Part shown: piece after piece, positions 17,304 to 26,160 of the stretch
Numbering within the stretch: the stretch's first letter is position 1
Layout: the number at the start of each line of letters is the position of its first letter
DNA from: an uncultured Clostridia bacterium
Lineage (GTDB): Bacteria > Bacillota > Clostridia > TANB77 > CAG-508
Reading direction: 5' to 3'
Length of the DNA stretch: 64,000 bases
Assembly: GCA_934167685.1 (NCBI GenBank)
Contig: CAKPLQ010000002.1
Coordinates: forward strand, 18,352-82,351
Notes under the pieces: generated by a model
Told to the model about the DNA's origin: nothing
The model's database searches: none
Seen by the model: the letters and a program-made list of their open reading frames with translations, nothing else
Made by a program: the position numbers and the translations under genes

Positions 17304-18347
17304 ATGAATAGTTTGATGGATTCGTATCTAAATTTTACAGAAAAGAAAATAAAGAAATATATGAAGATAATTTTTGCTACATATTATGATGAAGAGATTG
17401 TAGATGAGTTCTTAAGAACTTATATAAATGCAAGATATTATAATGTTCAAAATACAGACAAACCGGCAAGAGCTTTTTATTTAAGAATTTTAGATGAATT
17501 GGAATACAAAGAGGATTTGTTGATGGAAAAATGCGAAGAAGAGGCAGAAAGCCTAGACGAAAAGCAAGCCAAATTGAACAAGATTCATAAAGTTAAAGAA
17601 GTTTTTGGATATGTTTTATTTTTCGACAACGTTAGAAATATTGAAAATTTTAAAAGTATTGACAGTCTTAAAGAAATTATAGAGAAAATTATAGATTTAG
17701 TTAACTCTGATTACGAGATTAAAAATCCAAAAGATGTTGAGGACAAGCTTTACAAAGAAGTTAAAAGTAACATGATTGATAAAGATGTTTTTTTAGAAAA
17801 GTTCGAAACTGATGAGTTTTCATTAAGCTTTGAGGCTACAGAGTTTAATGAAGATTTGTATAATATTAAGTTACAACATAATGTTAAAATGCCAATGCAA
17901 TATAGTGAAAGGGCAATAGAGAAGGTATTTACAGAAGGAATTATTGCAGAGGATAAGTTACAAATTGAATATATTTTGCTAAGCACAATCGCTATAAGAG
18001 ATATTGTTAATAGCAATTTTAAAGATGCGTATATTGCAGAGTTTGAGCCTTCTTTGTTTAAGAAAAAACAAAAGTTGAATGGAATTTTAGATTTAATTAG
18101 TAATCAGGCTTTGCAGGAGAAAATTAATCTGAATATTAGTTATTCTGATTATAAGAAAAATCAAAAAAATGTGCTAGATTATACTAGCAAAGGCTACAAT
18201 TTTGTGATTACTTTAGATGAGGCTGTAAAAAGTGTTGAGGATGTAGAAAAATTGAAGATGTTTAAATTGGTTATTGCACCAAAAGATTTAGTATTATATA
18301 AACAAATTAAAGAAGATAACTCATTAACAAATGTAATGGTAAATTAA
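17304..18347 (+). CDS. Cytoplasmic hypothetical protein (347 aa, acidic/Lys-rich)
   Basis: RBS gaaagggg. No signal peptide or TM segment. It lies directly upstream of the McrB-like NTPase gene. No confident family assignment was possible. Confidence 0.6.
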   Translation: MNSLMDSYLNFTEKKIKKYMKIIFATYYDEEIVDEFLRTYINARYYNVQNTDKPARAFYLRILDELEYKEDLLMEKCEEEAESLDEKQAKLNKIHKVKEVFGYVLFFDNVRNIENFKSIDSLKEIIEKIIDLVNSDYEIKNPKDVEDKLYKEVKSNMIDKDVFLEKFETDEFSLSFEATEFNEDLYNIKLQHNVKMPMQYSERAIEKVFTEGIIAEDKLQIEYILLSTIAIRDIVNSNFKDAYIAEFEPSLFKKKQKLNGILDLISNQALQEKINLNISYSDYKKNQKNVLDYTSKGYNFVITLDEAVKSVEDVEKLKMFKLVIAPKDLVLYKQIKEDNSLTNVMVN

Positions 18348-18381
18348 CGAAATGATGTGATTTTCGAAAGGAAGAAAAAAT

Positions 18382-19935
18382 ATGGAAACATACGGAAGAT
18401 TTTTATTTGAATTTTTACACCAATTCTTTTCTGGATTTGGAGAGATTTTTGGTGGCTTATGGAGAGGAATACTTAGTATTTTTAATGTTCCAGGATATTA
18501 TTATATAATTCAAAATTATGCAAATGATTTTAAAGTATCAGAATGGTTTTTGACTGGATTAGCTATTATTTGTATGCTTGTTGTTATTGGAGGAATTGAT
18601 GGAATAATAGCATTTTTCTTGAAAAAGCATATAAAATGGAGAAAAAAGGTTCTTGACCAAGAAGAATTATTAAAACAAATTGATACTTTAAATGGGCAAG
18701 TTGAAGAATTGGTTGATGAAAAACTTAAATTGCTATCTATGAAAACTCCAGAATTGGGTGTAAATTCTAATGGAATAAGTACAGGAGCTGATAGAACTGC
18801 ACTTGCTGCTGCTCAGTCACAGGCTAATGATGAAGAACAAATTGACCCTAATAGTCAAAGTAGATTCTCTAAATTAACTTTAATAGACCAAGAATATGCA
18901 AAATATAAACAAAAAGATTATCACGATTCATTTACACTACCAGAATTTTGTTATAGATTTAGAAATTTTGCAGCTAGTAAGTTAAAATTGTATTATAGTG
19001 AAAAAATGATTAGATTATTCGTATCAGCTATAGCTTCAACAAAGCTAGTTATCCTACAGGGTATTTCTGGTACTGGTAAAACTTCTATATCTCTTGCTTG
19101 GGGTAACTTTGTAAAGCATCCTTCTTGTGTTGCTTCAGTACAGCCTTCTTGGAGGGATAGAACAGATATTTTTGGGTACTTAAACGAGTTCACTAAAAAG
19201 TTTAACGAAACAGATTTCTTAGCATATTTGTACGAAGCTGGATATACTGATGAAATTTTTACAGTAATCCTAGACGAGATGAACTTGGCGCGTGTTGAGT
19301 ACTATTTTGCAGAAATGTTGTCAATTCTAGAAATGCACAGTACAAAAGATTGGAAGATTGAGGTTGTGCAAAGCTCATGGCCAACAGACCCTAAAAAGTT
19401 AATAAGAGGTAAATTACAAATTCCACCAAATGCTTGGTACATAGGAACAATCAATAACGACGACTCTACATTCATGGTAACAGATAAGGTATACGATAGA
19501 GCTATGCCTATAGATATTAACGAAAAAGGTATTGAATTTGAACCTGATGATATTGATGCACTTGATGTTAATTATTCATATTTAAATGGTCTATTTGAAA
19601 AAGCTATGGTAGATTATGCAATTTCAACGGCTACTTTAAAGAAAATTGATGACATGGATAACTACACAATTAAGCACTTTAGAGTTGCTTTTGGTAACCG
19701 TATTGTAAAACATATGAGAAAATTCGTACCTGTTTATGTAGCTTGTGGAGGAGATGAAACTGAAGCTGTAGATTACTTTATGGCTAAAAAGGTTTTAAGA
19801 AAATTCGAAGCTCTTAACTTGGCATTAATTAGAGATGAAATTGACGGATATATAGAATTCTTAGATAAAAACTTTGGTAAAGGCAAAATGTCTGAATGTA
19901 TAGAATTCTTACTAAGATTGAAGAAGATGTCATAG
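18382..19935 (+). CDS. Membrane-anchored McrB-family (AAA_5) AAA+ NTPase
   Basis: Two N-terminal TM segments (GILSIFNVPGYYYII; FLTGLAIICMLVVIGGIDGIIAFFL) precede a coiled coil. Walker A is LQGISGTGKTS and Walker B is VILDEMNLARVEYYFAEMLSILE. 'PPNAWYIGTINNDDSTFMVTDKVYDRAMPIDI' parallels McrB 'PENVYIIGLMNTADRS..D.ALRRRF.FI'. Confidence 0.75.
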   Translation: METYGRFLFEFLHQFFSGFGEIFGGLWRGILSIFNVPGYYYIIQNYANDFKVSEWFLTGLAIICMLVVIGGIDGIIAFFLKKHIKWRKKVLDQEELLKQIDTLNGQVEELVDEKLKLLSMKTPELGVNSNGISTGADRTALAAAQSQANDEEQIDPNSQSRFSKLTLIDQEYAKYKQKDYHDSFTLPEFCYRFRNFAASKLKLYYSEKMIRLFVSAIASTKLVILQGISGTGKTSISLAWGNFVKHPSCVASVQPSWRDRTDIFGYLNEFTKKFNETDFLAYLYEAGYTDEIFTVILDEMNLARVEYYFAEMLSILEMHSTKDWKIEVVQSSWPTDPKKLIRGKLQIPPNAWYIGTINNDDSTFMVTDKVYDRAMPIDINEKGIEFEPDDIDALDVNYSYLNGLFEKAMVDYAISTATLKKIDDMDNYTIKHFRVAFGNRIVKHMRKFVPVYVACGGDETEAVDYFMAKKVLRKFEALNLALIRDEIDGYIEFLDKNFGKGKMSECIEFLLRLKKMS

Positions 19936-19952
19936 AAAGGATAGAAAAGTAA

Positions 19953-21077
19953 ATGGACTTAAATGTAATGAAACTTGCCAATATGGAAAGTGGACAATCA
20001 TCACAGGATTTTTTGAACAAGGTTGATTCTAAATTAATGATTGATGTTAACAAAAGTCAAATTGTAGAAAATGATGAATGGATTGATATGGTTGAGTTTT
20101 CACTTCCACATATAGAAAAGGCTTTGACAAAAGAGATTAAAAATATTGTTACTGAAGAGGAAATAATAAAAATTGAATTAATTAAAAAGGTAAGTGTTGA
20201 AAGTGTAAAACATTTGTCAAAAAACGTAAACTATGTTGATAAATTTAATCAGAAAACAGGAGAAGTAATTCCTAAAAAGATTTTGAATGCATATAAAGAA
20301 GAGACTTTTATTACATATGAAAATAGATTCTTATACAGCCTTATAAAATTGATTGAAGATTACATGTATTTGCGCGAAAAAGACCAACAAACCGAGTATA
20401 AAGGTAAGAATGAAGAAAAGGCAAATTATCAAGCTGAAGTTAAATACAAAAAAGAAAAAATTAAAGTTAACTTTGATTATTCATCAGAAAGCAATATTGG
20501 CGCTAAAAAGTCAGATGATACAGCTGAAAGAATTCAAGATATTAAAAAGAAAATTAAAGATTTAAAGACTACTAATGTATATCAATTATTACAATCAAAA
20601 AGGATTACTCTTGTAAAATCACCTTTAAAAATGACTAATGTATTGTTAAAAAATGTGCATTTTCAATATGCGGTCAAATTGTGGAATTATTTAAGCGAAC
20701 AAATAGAAATAAAAGATAAAGCAGTAAAAACAAATAAAGTCTATGAAGAAAATGGAATTGCAAAAAAACTTGTAGATGAAAATGTATTTTTAATGCATTT
20801 GATTTTTAAAAATCGTGATATAGAAGAGAAACTGAAAGGTCAAAAAAAGAGTGCATTAGAGGATAAAAAGGCAAGAAAAGAATTGACTGATGATTTGATA
20901 GAAAAAATAATTGAGTTAAATCCTGATATATCTGACAAGGATTTGAAGCAGATGATTGCAGATAAACTAATATTAATGAAAACTCGTAAGTTAATTTCTT
21001 TAAAACCTATTGAAGATAGATTTAAAGAGCGAATTAATAAATATATGGTACTAGCAAAAGAAGTGAGGTTAAAATAA
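19953..21077 (+). CDS. Cytoplasmic partner protein of the McrB-like NTPase; possibly McrC/DUF2357-like but with no recognisable nuclease motif
   Basis: It starts 18 nt after the NTPase gene and its stop is 2 nt before the next sipW. 'ITYENRFLYSLIKLIEDY' and 'TNVLLKNVHFQYAVKLWNYL' recall the N-terminal region of McrC-like partners. The C-terminus is Lys/Glu-rich with no PD-(D/E)xK pattern. Confidence 0.5.
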   Translation: MDLNVMKLANMESGQSSQDFLNKVDSKLMIDVNKSQIVENDEWIDMVEFSLPHIEKALTKEIKNIVTEEEIIKIELIKKVSVESVKHLSKNVNYVDKFNQKTGEVIPKKILNAYKEETFITYENRFLYSLIKLIEDYMYLREKDQQTEYKGKNEEKANYQAEVKYKKEKIKVNFDYSSESNIGAKKSDDTAERIQDIKKKIKDLKTTNVYQLLQSKRITLVKSPLKMTNVLLKNVHFQYAVKLWNYLSEQIEIKDKAVKTNKVYEENGIAKKLVDENVFLMHLIFKNRDIEEKLKGQKKSALEDKKARKELTDDLIEKIIELNPDISDKDLKQMIADKLILMKTRKLISLKPIEDRFKERINKYMVLAKEVRLK

Positions 21078-21079
21078 AA

Positions 21080-21649
21080 ATGAATGACGAAAGAGAAAAT
21101 GTGGGGAGAAAGTGTGTTCAAATTATTTGGAATATATTTTCTAGAATATTAACAATAGCTGTGATACTGGTATGTATAGTAATTATAGTACAAAAGGTAA
21201 GTAATAATAAGGAGTCATTTTTTGGATATAGAATATTCAGAGTTCAAACAGGAAGTATGATTCCGAAGTACCAAATAGGAGATGTTATTCTTGTAAAAGA
21301 GAAAGAGCCAAGCAAAATTAAAGTTGGTGATGACGTTACATATAATGGAGAAGCTAGTTCTGTTAAAGGACTGTTGATAACCCATAGAGTAATAAATATC
21401 GAAGAGATTGATGGTCAAAGAGTTTTCCATACCAAAGGTATTGCTAACAATTTGGAAGACCCTATTGTATATGAACATCAGATTAATGGAGTAGTTCAAA
21501 GCAAATTATATATTTTAACATTTATTTGTACTTTGTTTAATAATAAATATGTATTCTATTTTTGTGGAATCTTACCTTTATCTATATATGTAGTTTTTAG
21601 ATTTTTTAAAGGAAAGCGTTACGAAGATATTGAAAGGGAAAACAGATGA
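21080..21649 (+). CDS. sipW: SipW-type signal peptidase I
   Basis: N-terminal TM, 'FFGYRIFRVQTGSMIPKYQIGDVILVKE', 'IKVGDDVTY', 'LITHRVINI', 'HTKGIANNLEDP', and C-terminal TM(s). Confidence 0.85.
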   Translation: MNDERENVGRKCVQIIWNIFSRILTIAVILVCIVIIVQKVSNNKESFFGYRIFRVQTGSMIPKYQIGDVILVKEKEPSKIKVGDDVTYNGEASSVKGLLITHRVINIEEIDGQRVFHTKGIANNLEDPIVYEHQINGVVQSKLYILTFICTLFNNKYVFYFCGILPLSIYVVFRFFKGKRYEDIERENR

Positions 21650-22284
21650 GAAAAAAAAGGATAGTGTTTTTTTTAGAAATATTGTGTATTATTTCATTAT
21701 TGATTACAATGTTATCTATACAAAGAACTTATGCAAGATATTTTGAAATGGTTGATACAACATATGATACACATATTAAAAGATGGCTAATTAAAGTTAA
21801 TTCACACAATATACATGAAGAGCAGACTCTTACAGAAGTTATGCAACCTGTTTTAGTAGAAGATGAAAACAGAAATAGCAATGTTTTAGTTCCTGGTGGA
21901 ACTGGATATTTTGATATGGTATTAGATTACAATTATGTTGATGTGGCTTTTCAGTATGAATTTTCTATAGAACAGCTTAATACCAACCAATTAGCGGATT
22001 TTGAGTTATATGGATATGAAATAATTGATGGCGATACTTCAACTGTTACAGAAACAAATGAATTGAAGGGCGTAATTGAACCAGAGACTGATGTTAATAG
22101 TGCAGGAGAAAAGATTCGAGAAGTAAGGTTTTTGTTTAGATGGAATGATGGTGATGGTAGTACTATGAATAATCAAGCTGATACGCAGTTTAGAGGCGAA
22201 GCAAATACTAATCAGCAAGATTTACATACTATTTTAAACTATAGAGCGACTTTAAAGTTTAGTCAGTATATACCAACAACATAA
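21646..22284 (+). CDS. Secreted TasA-like protein with a SipW-dependent-type signal peptide (paralogue of 15464-16105)
   Basis: It overlaps the sipW stop (ATGA). The N-terminus is MRKKRIVFFLEILCIISLLITMLSIQRTYARYFE. It carries 'RWLIKVNSHNI' and 'FLFRWNDGDGSTMNNQAD'. Confidence 0.6.
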   Translation: MRKKRIVFFLEILCIISLLITMLSIQRTYARYFEMVDTTYDTHIKRWLIKVNSHNIHEEQTLTEVMQPVLVEDENRNSNVLVPGGTGYFDMVLDYNYVDVAFQYEFSIEQLNTNQLADFELYGYEIIDGDTSTVTETNELKGVIEPETDVNSAGEKIREVRFLFRWNDGDGSTMNNQADTQFRGEANTNQQDLHTILNYRATLKFSQYIPTT

Positions 22285-22302
22285 AAAGAGGGGTGAAAAT
22301 TG

Positions 22303-22440
22303 ATGGAAATTAAAAATATTAAAACATCAAAATTAGAAAATAAAGAATTATTAGATGTTCAAAAACAAGTTGAAAGTTTTTTAAAGTTTTTAAATACTGA
22401 ATATGATACTGTTAAAAAATTAGAGGAGGAAAATTCATGA
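22303..22440 (+). CDS. Small ORF (45 aa, MEIKNIKTSKLENKELLDVQKQVESFLKFLNTEYDTVKKLEEENS), not in the ORF track
   Basis: RBS aaagagggg lies 7 nt upstream. Its stop overlaps the next start (ATGA at 22437-22440). It carries the RBS gaggagga of the downstream gene. It is predicted helical and acidic. Confidence 0.35.
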   Translation: MEIKNIKTSKLENKELLDVQKQVESFLKFLNTEYDTVKKLEEENS

Positions 22441-24044
22441 AAGAATTAGTAGAAAATGTAGAAAAACAAATAGCAACAGATAAAGAGGTCATTTCAGTTT
22501 TACCAAGAAATGGTATAAAAGCTATAAAAACGTTGGCTCAAACAATACTAGAAATGCAAGAAAAATATGAGGCAGTTAATGAGACATTGGTAAAGGAAAT
22601 TAAAGCTAGATATAGCGAACTTACAGAGGTTGAGGCCAATAAAGAAATCCCTCAAATTGAAACTGAGATAATGAAATATGATGTAGCTGTTAAAAACACA
22701 GATACTCGCTCATCTTTTGAAAAAATGGGATTGGATAAAGTTACATATAATATTAATGGATATTATAAAAGCAATTTAGAAAGATTGAATAAAGAGTTAA
22801 TTGACTGTGTAAAACAGTTCGAAAGTGTTGGAATAAGGCTAGATGAGAACGATTTTGATTTGAGCGAATATTCTAAAAAATACATGTCTGTTTTATTAAA
22901 AGAGGCTTATGATGGCAATATCAATTCTGAAATAATTAAAAATACTTTTGAAAAGGTGTATTGGGAATGTTCTGATGTTGTTTCTCATTTGTATGCATGT
23001 GTAAGATACATTTATGACAAATATGAAAATGAGATTGATAAATTTTACGAAAACAAAGCAGAAGAGATATTGAAAAGCTTCAAACTAACTCCAGAGGAAG
23101 TTGAAGAAAAAAAGGCTGAGATGATTAAAAAGAAAAATAGAATTGAAGCTACCGATAATAAGATTATTTTAGATAAGTTTTTTACAGGTGCACTAAATAT
23201 AAATGATTATAAAGGTGATAACTATAAGAAGATTTATATAGAGCTAACTGATAAAGATGTTTCTGATATGTCTGATTCTGAAAAAGCAGAAATGGATGAG
23301 AATATTGAAAAGTTAAATGAAAATTTAGATGAATATGCTAAATATTCTGAATATAAATTCTTAGTTGATGAAATATTAAAGATAAGAGCTGAAGAAGAGA
23401 AAAAGCTTCAAGCCAAAAAAGATAAAAAAAGTAAAAATACAGATTATGATTTGACTAGAGAGAAACTTAAAAAATTGAAATCAGAAATTTTTAAGTTAAA
23501 TGGCAAAATTGCTAAACCTAAAAAAAGTCTTTTTGGAAAGAAAAATGACAAAAAAGATAGTTCTGCTATTTTACAAAGAAACAACTTGATTTTAGAATTG
23601 AAAAATACTTATATGGATTTAGACAATGAAATTTTAAGAAAGAAAATAGTTGAAAATATTGATGATACATCATCTTTACTTGATGTACTTAAACTTGCAA
23701 GTAGTTATTATTGGTTTATGGCCAAATCTATGATTGCTAAAAATGAAGAGATAACAGATAAAGAGATTGGCGATACTGCTAAAAAGATTAGAGATTTTAT
23801 TAATTTTTCTAATTTTTCTGTAATAAATTATATCAAAATTAGTGATACCAAGGAATTGGCAGTTATAATTAAAGATAAATATAAATTGTTTGATATGCAA
23901 GTTTCTAAAGAGAATTTTCAAGAAGACAATATTGAGGATTTGATTAAGAAGGTTAAGATTGTAAGCAATTATAATAATATACAAAAAAGTAAATTTTCTG
24001 TTGAGGATTTAGAGTATATTACAACAGTAAAAGAAATGAAATAA
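22437..24044 (+). CDS. Cytoplasmic Lys/Glu-rich coiled-coil protein (535 aa, hypothetical)
   Basis: Strong RBS gaggagga. No TM or signal peptide. It has long heptad-like K/E/L stretches and sits between sipW/TasA-like gene pairs. Confidence 0.6.
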   Translation: MKELVENVEKQIATDKEVISVLPRNGIKAIKTLAQTILEMQEKYEAVNETLVKEIKARYSELTEVEANKEIPQIETEIMKYDVAVKNTDTRSSFEKMGLDKVTYNINGYYKSNLERLNKELIDCVKQFESVGIRLDENDFDLSEYSKKYMSVLLKEAYDGNINSEIIKNTFEKVYWECSDVVSHLYACVRYIYDKYENEIDKFYENKAEEILKSFKLTPEEVEEKKAEMIKKKNRIEATDNKIILDKFFTGALNINDYKGDNYKKIYIELTDKDVSDMSDSEKAEMDENIEKLNENLDEYAKYSEYKFLVDEILKIRAEEEKKLQAKKDKKSKNTDYDLTREKLKKLKSEIFKLNGKIAKPKKSLFGKKNDKKDSSAILQRNNLILELKNTYMDLDNEILRKKIVENIDDTSSLLDVLKLASSYYWFMAKSMIAKNEEITDKEIGDTAKKIRDFINFSNFSVINYIKISDTKELAVIIKDKYKLFDMQVSKENFQEDNIEDLIKKVKIVSNYNNIQKSKFSVEDLEYITTVKEMK

Positions 24045-24050
24045 TATAGG

Positions 24051-24659
24051 GTGAGGACAAAATTGGAATATGATGTTGAAAAACTTTCTAACAAAATTAG
24101 AAAGAAAAAAAGGACAAAGAGGCTATTTAAAATTATAATACTTGTTTGTTTGATTATACTTTTTCTGATTAATTTGATTTTATCATTTGAAGAACATACT
24201 CATATTTTGGGAATATATATGTTTAATATTGTTTCCGAGAGTATGGAGCCAACATTTTATAAAAATGATTTGGCTGTTGTAGGAAAATGTCAACTGAGTG
24301 AGTTGAAAAAGGGTGATATTATAACATTTAAACAGGATGATAGAATTATTTCACACAGAATATTACAAATTACTAAAGAAAAAGGTGATATTAGATTTAT
24401 TACTAAAGGCGATAATAATGAAGTTGCAGATAAAGACGCAGTACTACCAAATGATGTTTATGGAAAAGTCTGCTTCATTATTCCTAAATTAGGAATTGCA
24501 GTTCATTATATACAAAATGCGCGAGGCTTGATTAATGTATTTATTTTTATGTTTATTTTATATTTTTTGGTTAGCCTTAAAGATAATCAGAAAAATAGCA
24601 GAAAAATTAAAAGGAAGAAATATGAAATTAAGAAGCTTAGGGATAATTACAATGTATAA
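24051..24659 (+). CDS. sipW: SipW-type signal peptidase I
   Basis: 'IVSESMEPTFYKNDLAVVGK', 'KKGDIITF', 'IISHRILQI', 'ITKGDNNEVADKD', a C-terminal TM, and a basic tail (KIKRKKYEIKKLRD). The start is uncertain: GTG 24051, or TTG 24063 with gggtgagga upstream. Confidence 0.8.
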   Translation: MRTKLEYDVEKLSNKIRKKKRTKRLFKIIILVCLIILFLINLILSFEEHTHILGIYMFNIVSESMEPTFYKNDLAVVGKCQLSELKKGDIITFKQDDRIISHRILQITKEKGDIRFITKGDNNEVADKDAVLPNDVYGKVCFIIPKLGIAVHYIQNARGLINVFIFMFILYFLVSLKDNQKNSRKIKRKKYEIKKLRDNYNV

Positions 24660-24673
24660 AAGAGGTATGAAAT

Positions 24674-25315
24674 ATGGAGAAAAAGATATTTCGAATAGTA
24701 TTTAAAGTAATATATCAAATAATTGTTATAATATGCTTGATATTAGCTGCTGTGATTATAATGCAAAAGGTCACTGATAGCAACAGGTCAATTGCAGGAT
24801 ACAGAATATTTAGGGTCATTACAGGAAGTATGGAGCCAGAATATGACGTTGGCGAAGTTGTTATTAGCAAAGAAGTTCCTACTAAAGATATTAAGGTTGG
24901 AAACGATATTGTATACATTGGAAGAAATGGTGAATATAGTGGAAAGATTATCATGCACAGTGTTATTGCAATTGATAAAGACGAAAATGGTAATTATAAT
25001 TTCCATGCCAAAGGTTTACACAGCAGTAGTGTGGAGGATCCTCAAATTAAAGAAAACCAAATTTATGGAGTTGTTAAATACAAATCAAAAATATTAACTG
25101 TATTATACAAATTAGCAACTAATATATACACGGTATTTGTCATCATTTTAGTTTTAGTATTAAATGTGTTTATTGCTTTTACTGGAAATAGAAAAGACAA
25201 AGTACAAAAACTTAGTGAGTCAACTTATATTGATGAAGATGAAGAAGTTGATGAGGACGAAGACGTTATCGACGAGGATTCGGGGAATGTAGAAAATACT
25301 GACGAAGAAGAGTAA
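24674..25315 (+). CDS. sipW: SipW-type signal peptidase I with an acidic C-terminal tail
   Basis: 'IAGYRIFRVITGSMEPEYDVGEVVISKE', 'IKVGNDIVY', 'IIMHSVIAI', a C-terminal TM, and then the tail DEDEEVDEDEDVIDEDSGNVENTDEEE. Confidence 0.8.
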   Translation: MEKKIFRIVFKVIYQIIVIICLILAAVIIMQKVTDSNRSIAGYRIFRVITGSMEPEYDVGEVVISKEVPTKDIKVGNDIVYIGRNGEYSGKIIMHSVIAIDKDENGNYNFHAKGLHSSSVEDPQIKENQIYGVVKYKSKILTVLYKLATNIYTVFVIILVLVLNVFIAFTGNRKDKVQKLSESTYIDEDEEVDEDEDVIDEDSGNVENTDEEE

Positions 25316-25342
25316 ATTTACAAAAGAAGGAATGGAGGATTT

Positions 25343-26041
25343 ATGAATATATTACGTGAATTCAGACGAGTAAAAAAGCGAAGTATGTCGTCAAGGATTA
25401 GATTAGTTTTGATTTTTGCTGTAATATTAATAGTAAATACTTATGCATGGTTTAGTACAGAGCGAGCCATTAGCACCAAGGGGCTAGAGGCTTCGATAAC
25501 ACCATGGGATATTAAATATTATGTTGATGGAAAAGAAGTTTTGGACGAAGATGTTACTTTTACAATTGACGAATTATATCCAGGAATGCCTAGCAGAGAG
25601 GATAATGTTCATGTTTATAACATGAGCACAACCAGTTCTGCTATAAGTTATGAATTAATATCGGTTAAAGTTTTTGGGCAAGAAGTATTAAGTCAATTAA
25701 AAGAAGATGGAGAAATCCAATCTGATGGTAACACCGTCAGGATTTTTGCCAATAACAATTCATATCCTTTTGATATAAGTTATACATATGACAAAACAAG
25801 AATTGATGGGGAATACAAAGATGATGAATCGACTCCAAATGCAGGTGCCAAGTTTTCGCTTAACGTAAATTGGGATTATAAAGGAAACGGTACTGAAGAT
25901 GAAAATTTAGCCAAAGATGTTTTAGACACAAAGTTTGGAAAAGATGCATACAAATATTACCAAAATGGAGAAAATGATTCATCTAAAGCAATTGAAATTG
26001 TTGTAAAGATAACAACATCAATGATTAAGGAAAAGAAATAA
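25343..26041 (+). CDS. Secreted TasA-like protein with a SipW-dependent-type signal peptide
   Basis: RBS ggaggat. The N-terminus ..RLVLIFAVILIVNTYAWFSTERAIS can be compared with TasA ..GGGTWAAFND. The body is beta-rich and ends in 'FSLNVNWDYKGNGTEDE'. Confidence 0.7.
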   Translation: MNILREFRRVKKRSMSSRIRLVLIFAVILIVNTYAWFSTERAISTKGLEASITPWDIKYYVDGKEVLDEDVTFTIDELYPGMPSREDNVHVYNMSTTSSAISYELISVKVFGQEVLSQLKEDGEIQSDGNTVRIFANNNSYPFDISYTYDKTRIDGEYKDDESTPNAGAKFSLNVNWDYKGNGTEDENLAKDVLDTKFGKDAYKYYQNGENDSSKAIEIVVKITTSMIKEKK

Positions 26042-26081
26042 CTTGTAATAAAAATGTAATAAAAATGTAATATTAAATTCA

Positions 26082-26110
26082 TTGACAATAAAATTAAGAC
26101 TGAGTATAAT
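26082..26110 (+). promoter_or_regulatory. Consensus sigma-A promoter inside the locus
   Basis: TTGACA (26082-87), 17-nt spacer, and TATAAT (26105-10). It is preceded by the 11-nt tandem gtaataaaaat x2. Confidence 0.55.
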
Positions 26111-26160
26111 GTTAATAGAATTGTTGAAAAAAAATATTTTTTGAAGAACCAGGTGAGATT

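Noticed and set aside
17304-18347. Possible degenerate EAL (c-di-GMP phosphodiesterase-like) domain in the C-terminal half of the 347-aa protein (..YIAEFEPSLF.., ..KGYNFVITLDEAV.., ..FKLVIAPKDL..).
   Set aside because: - Only a loose spacing resemblance exists.
- The diagnostic EAL, DDFGTG, KxD and QG motifs are absent.
- The protein is therefore left as hypothetical. It would need HHpred to revisit.
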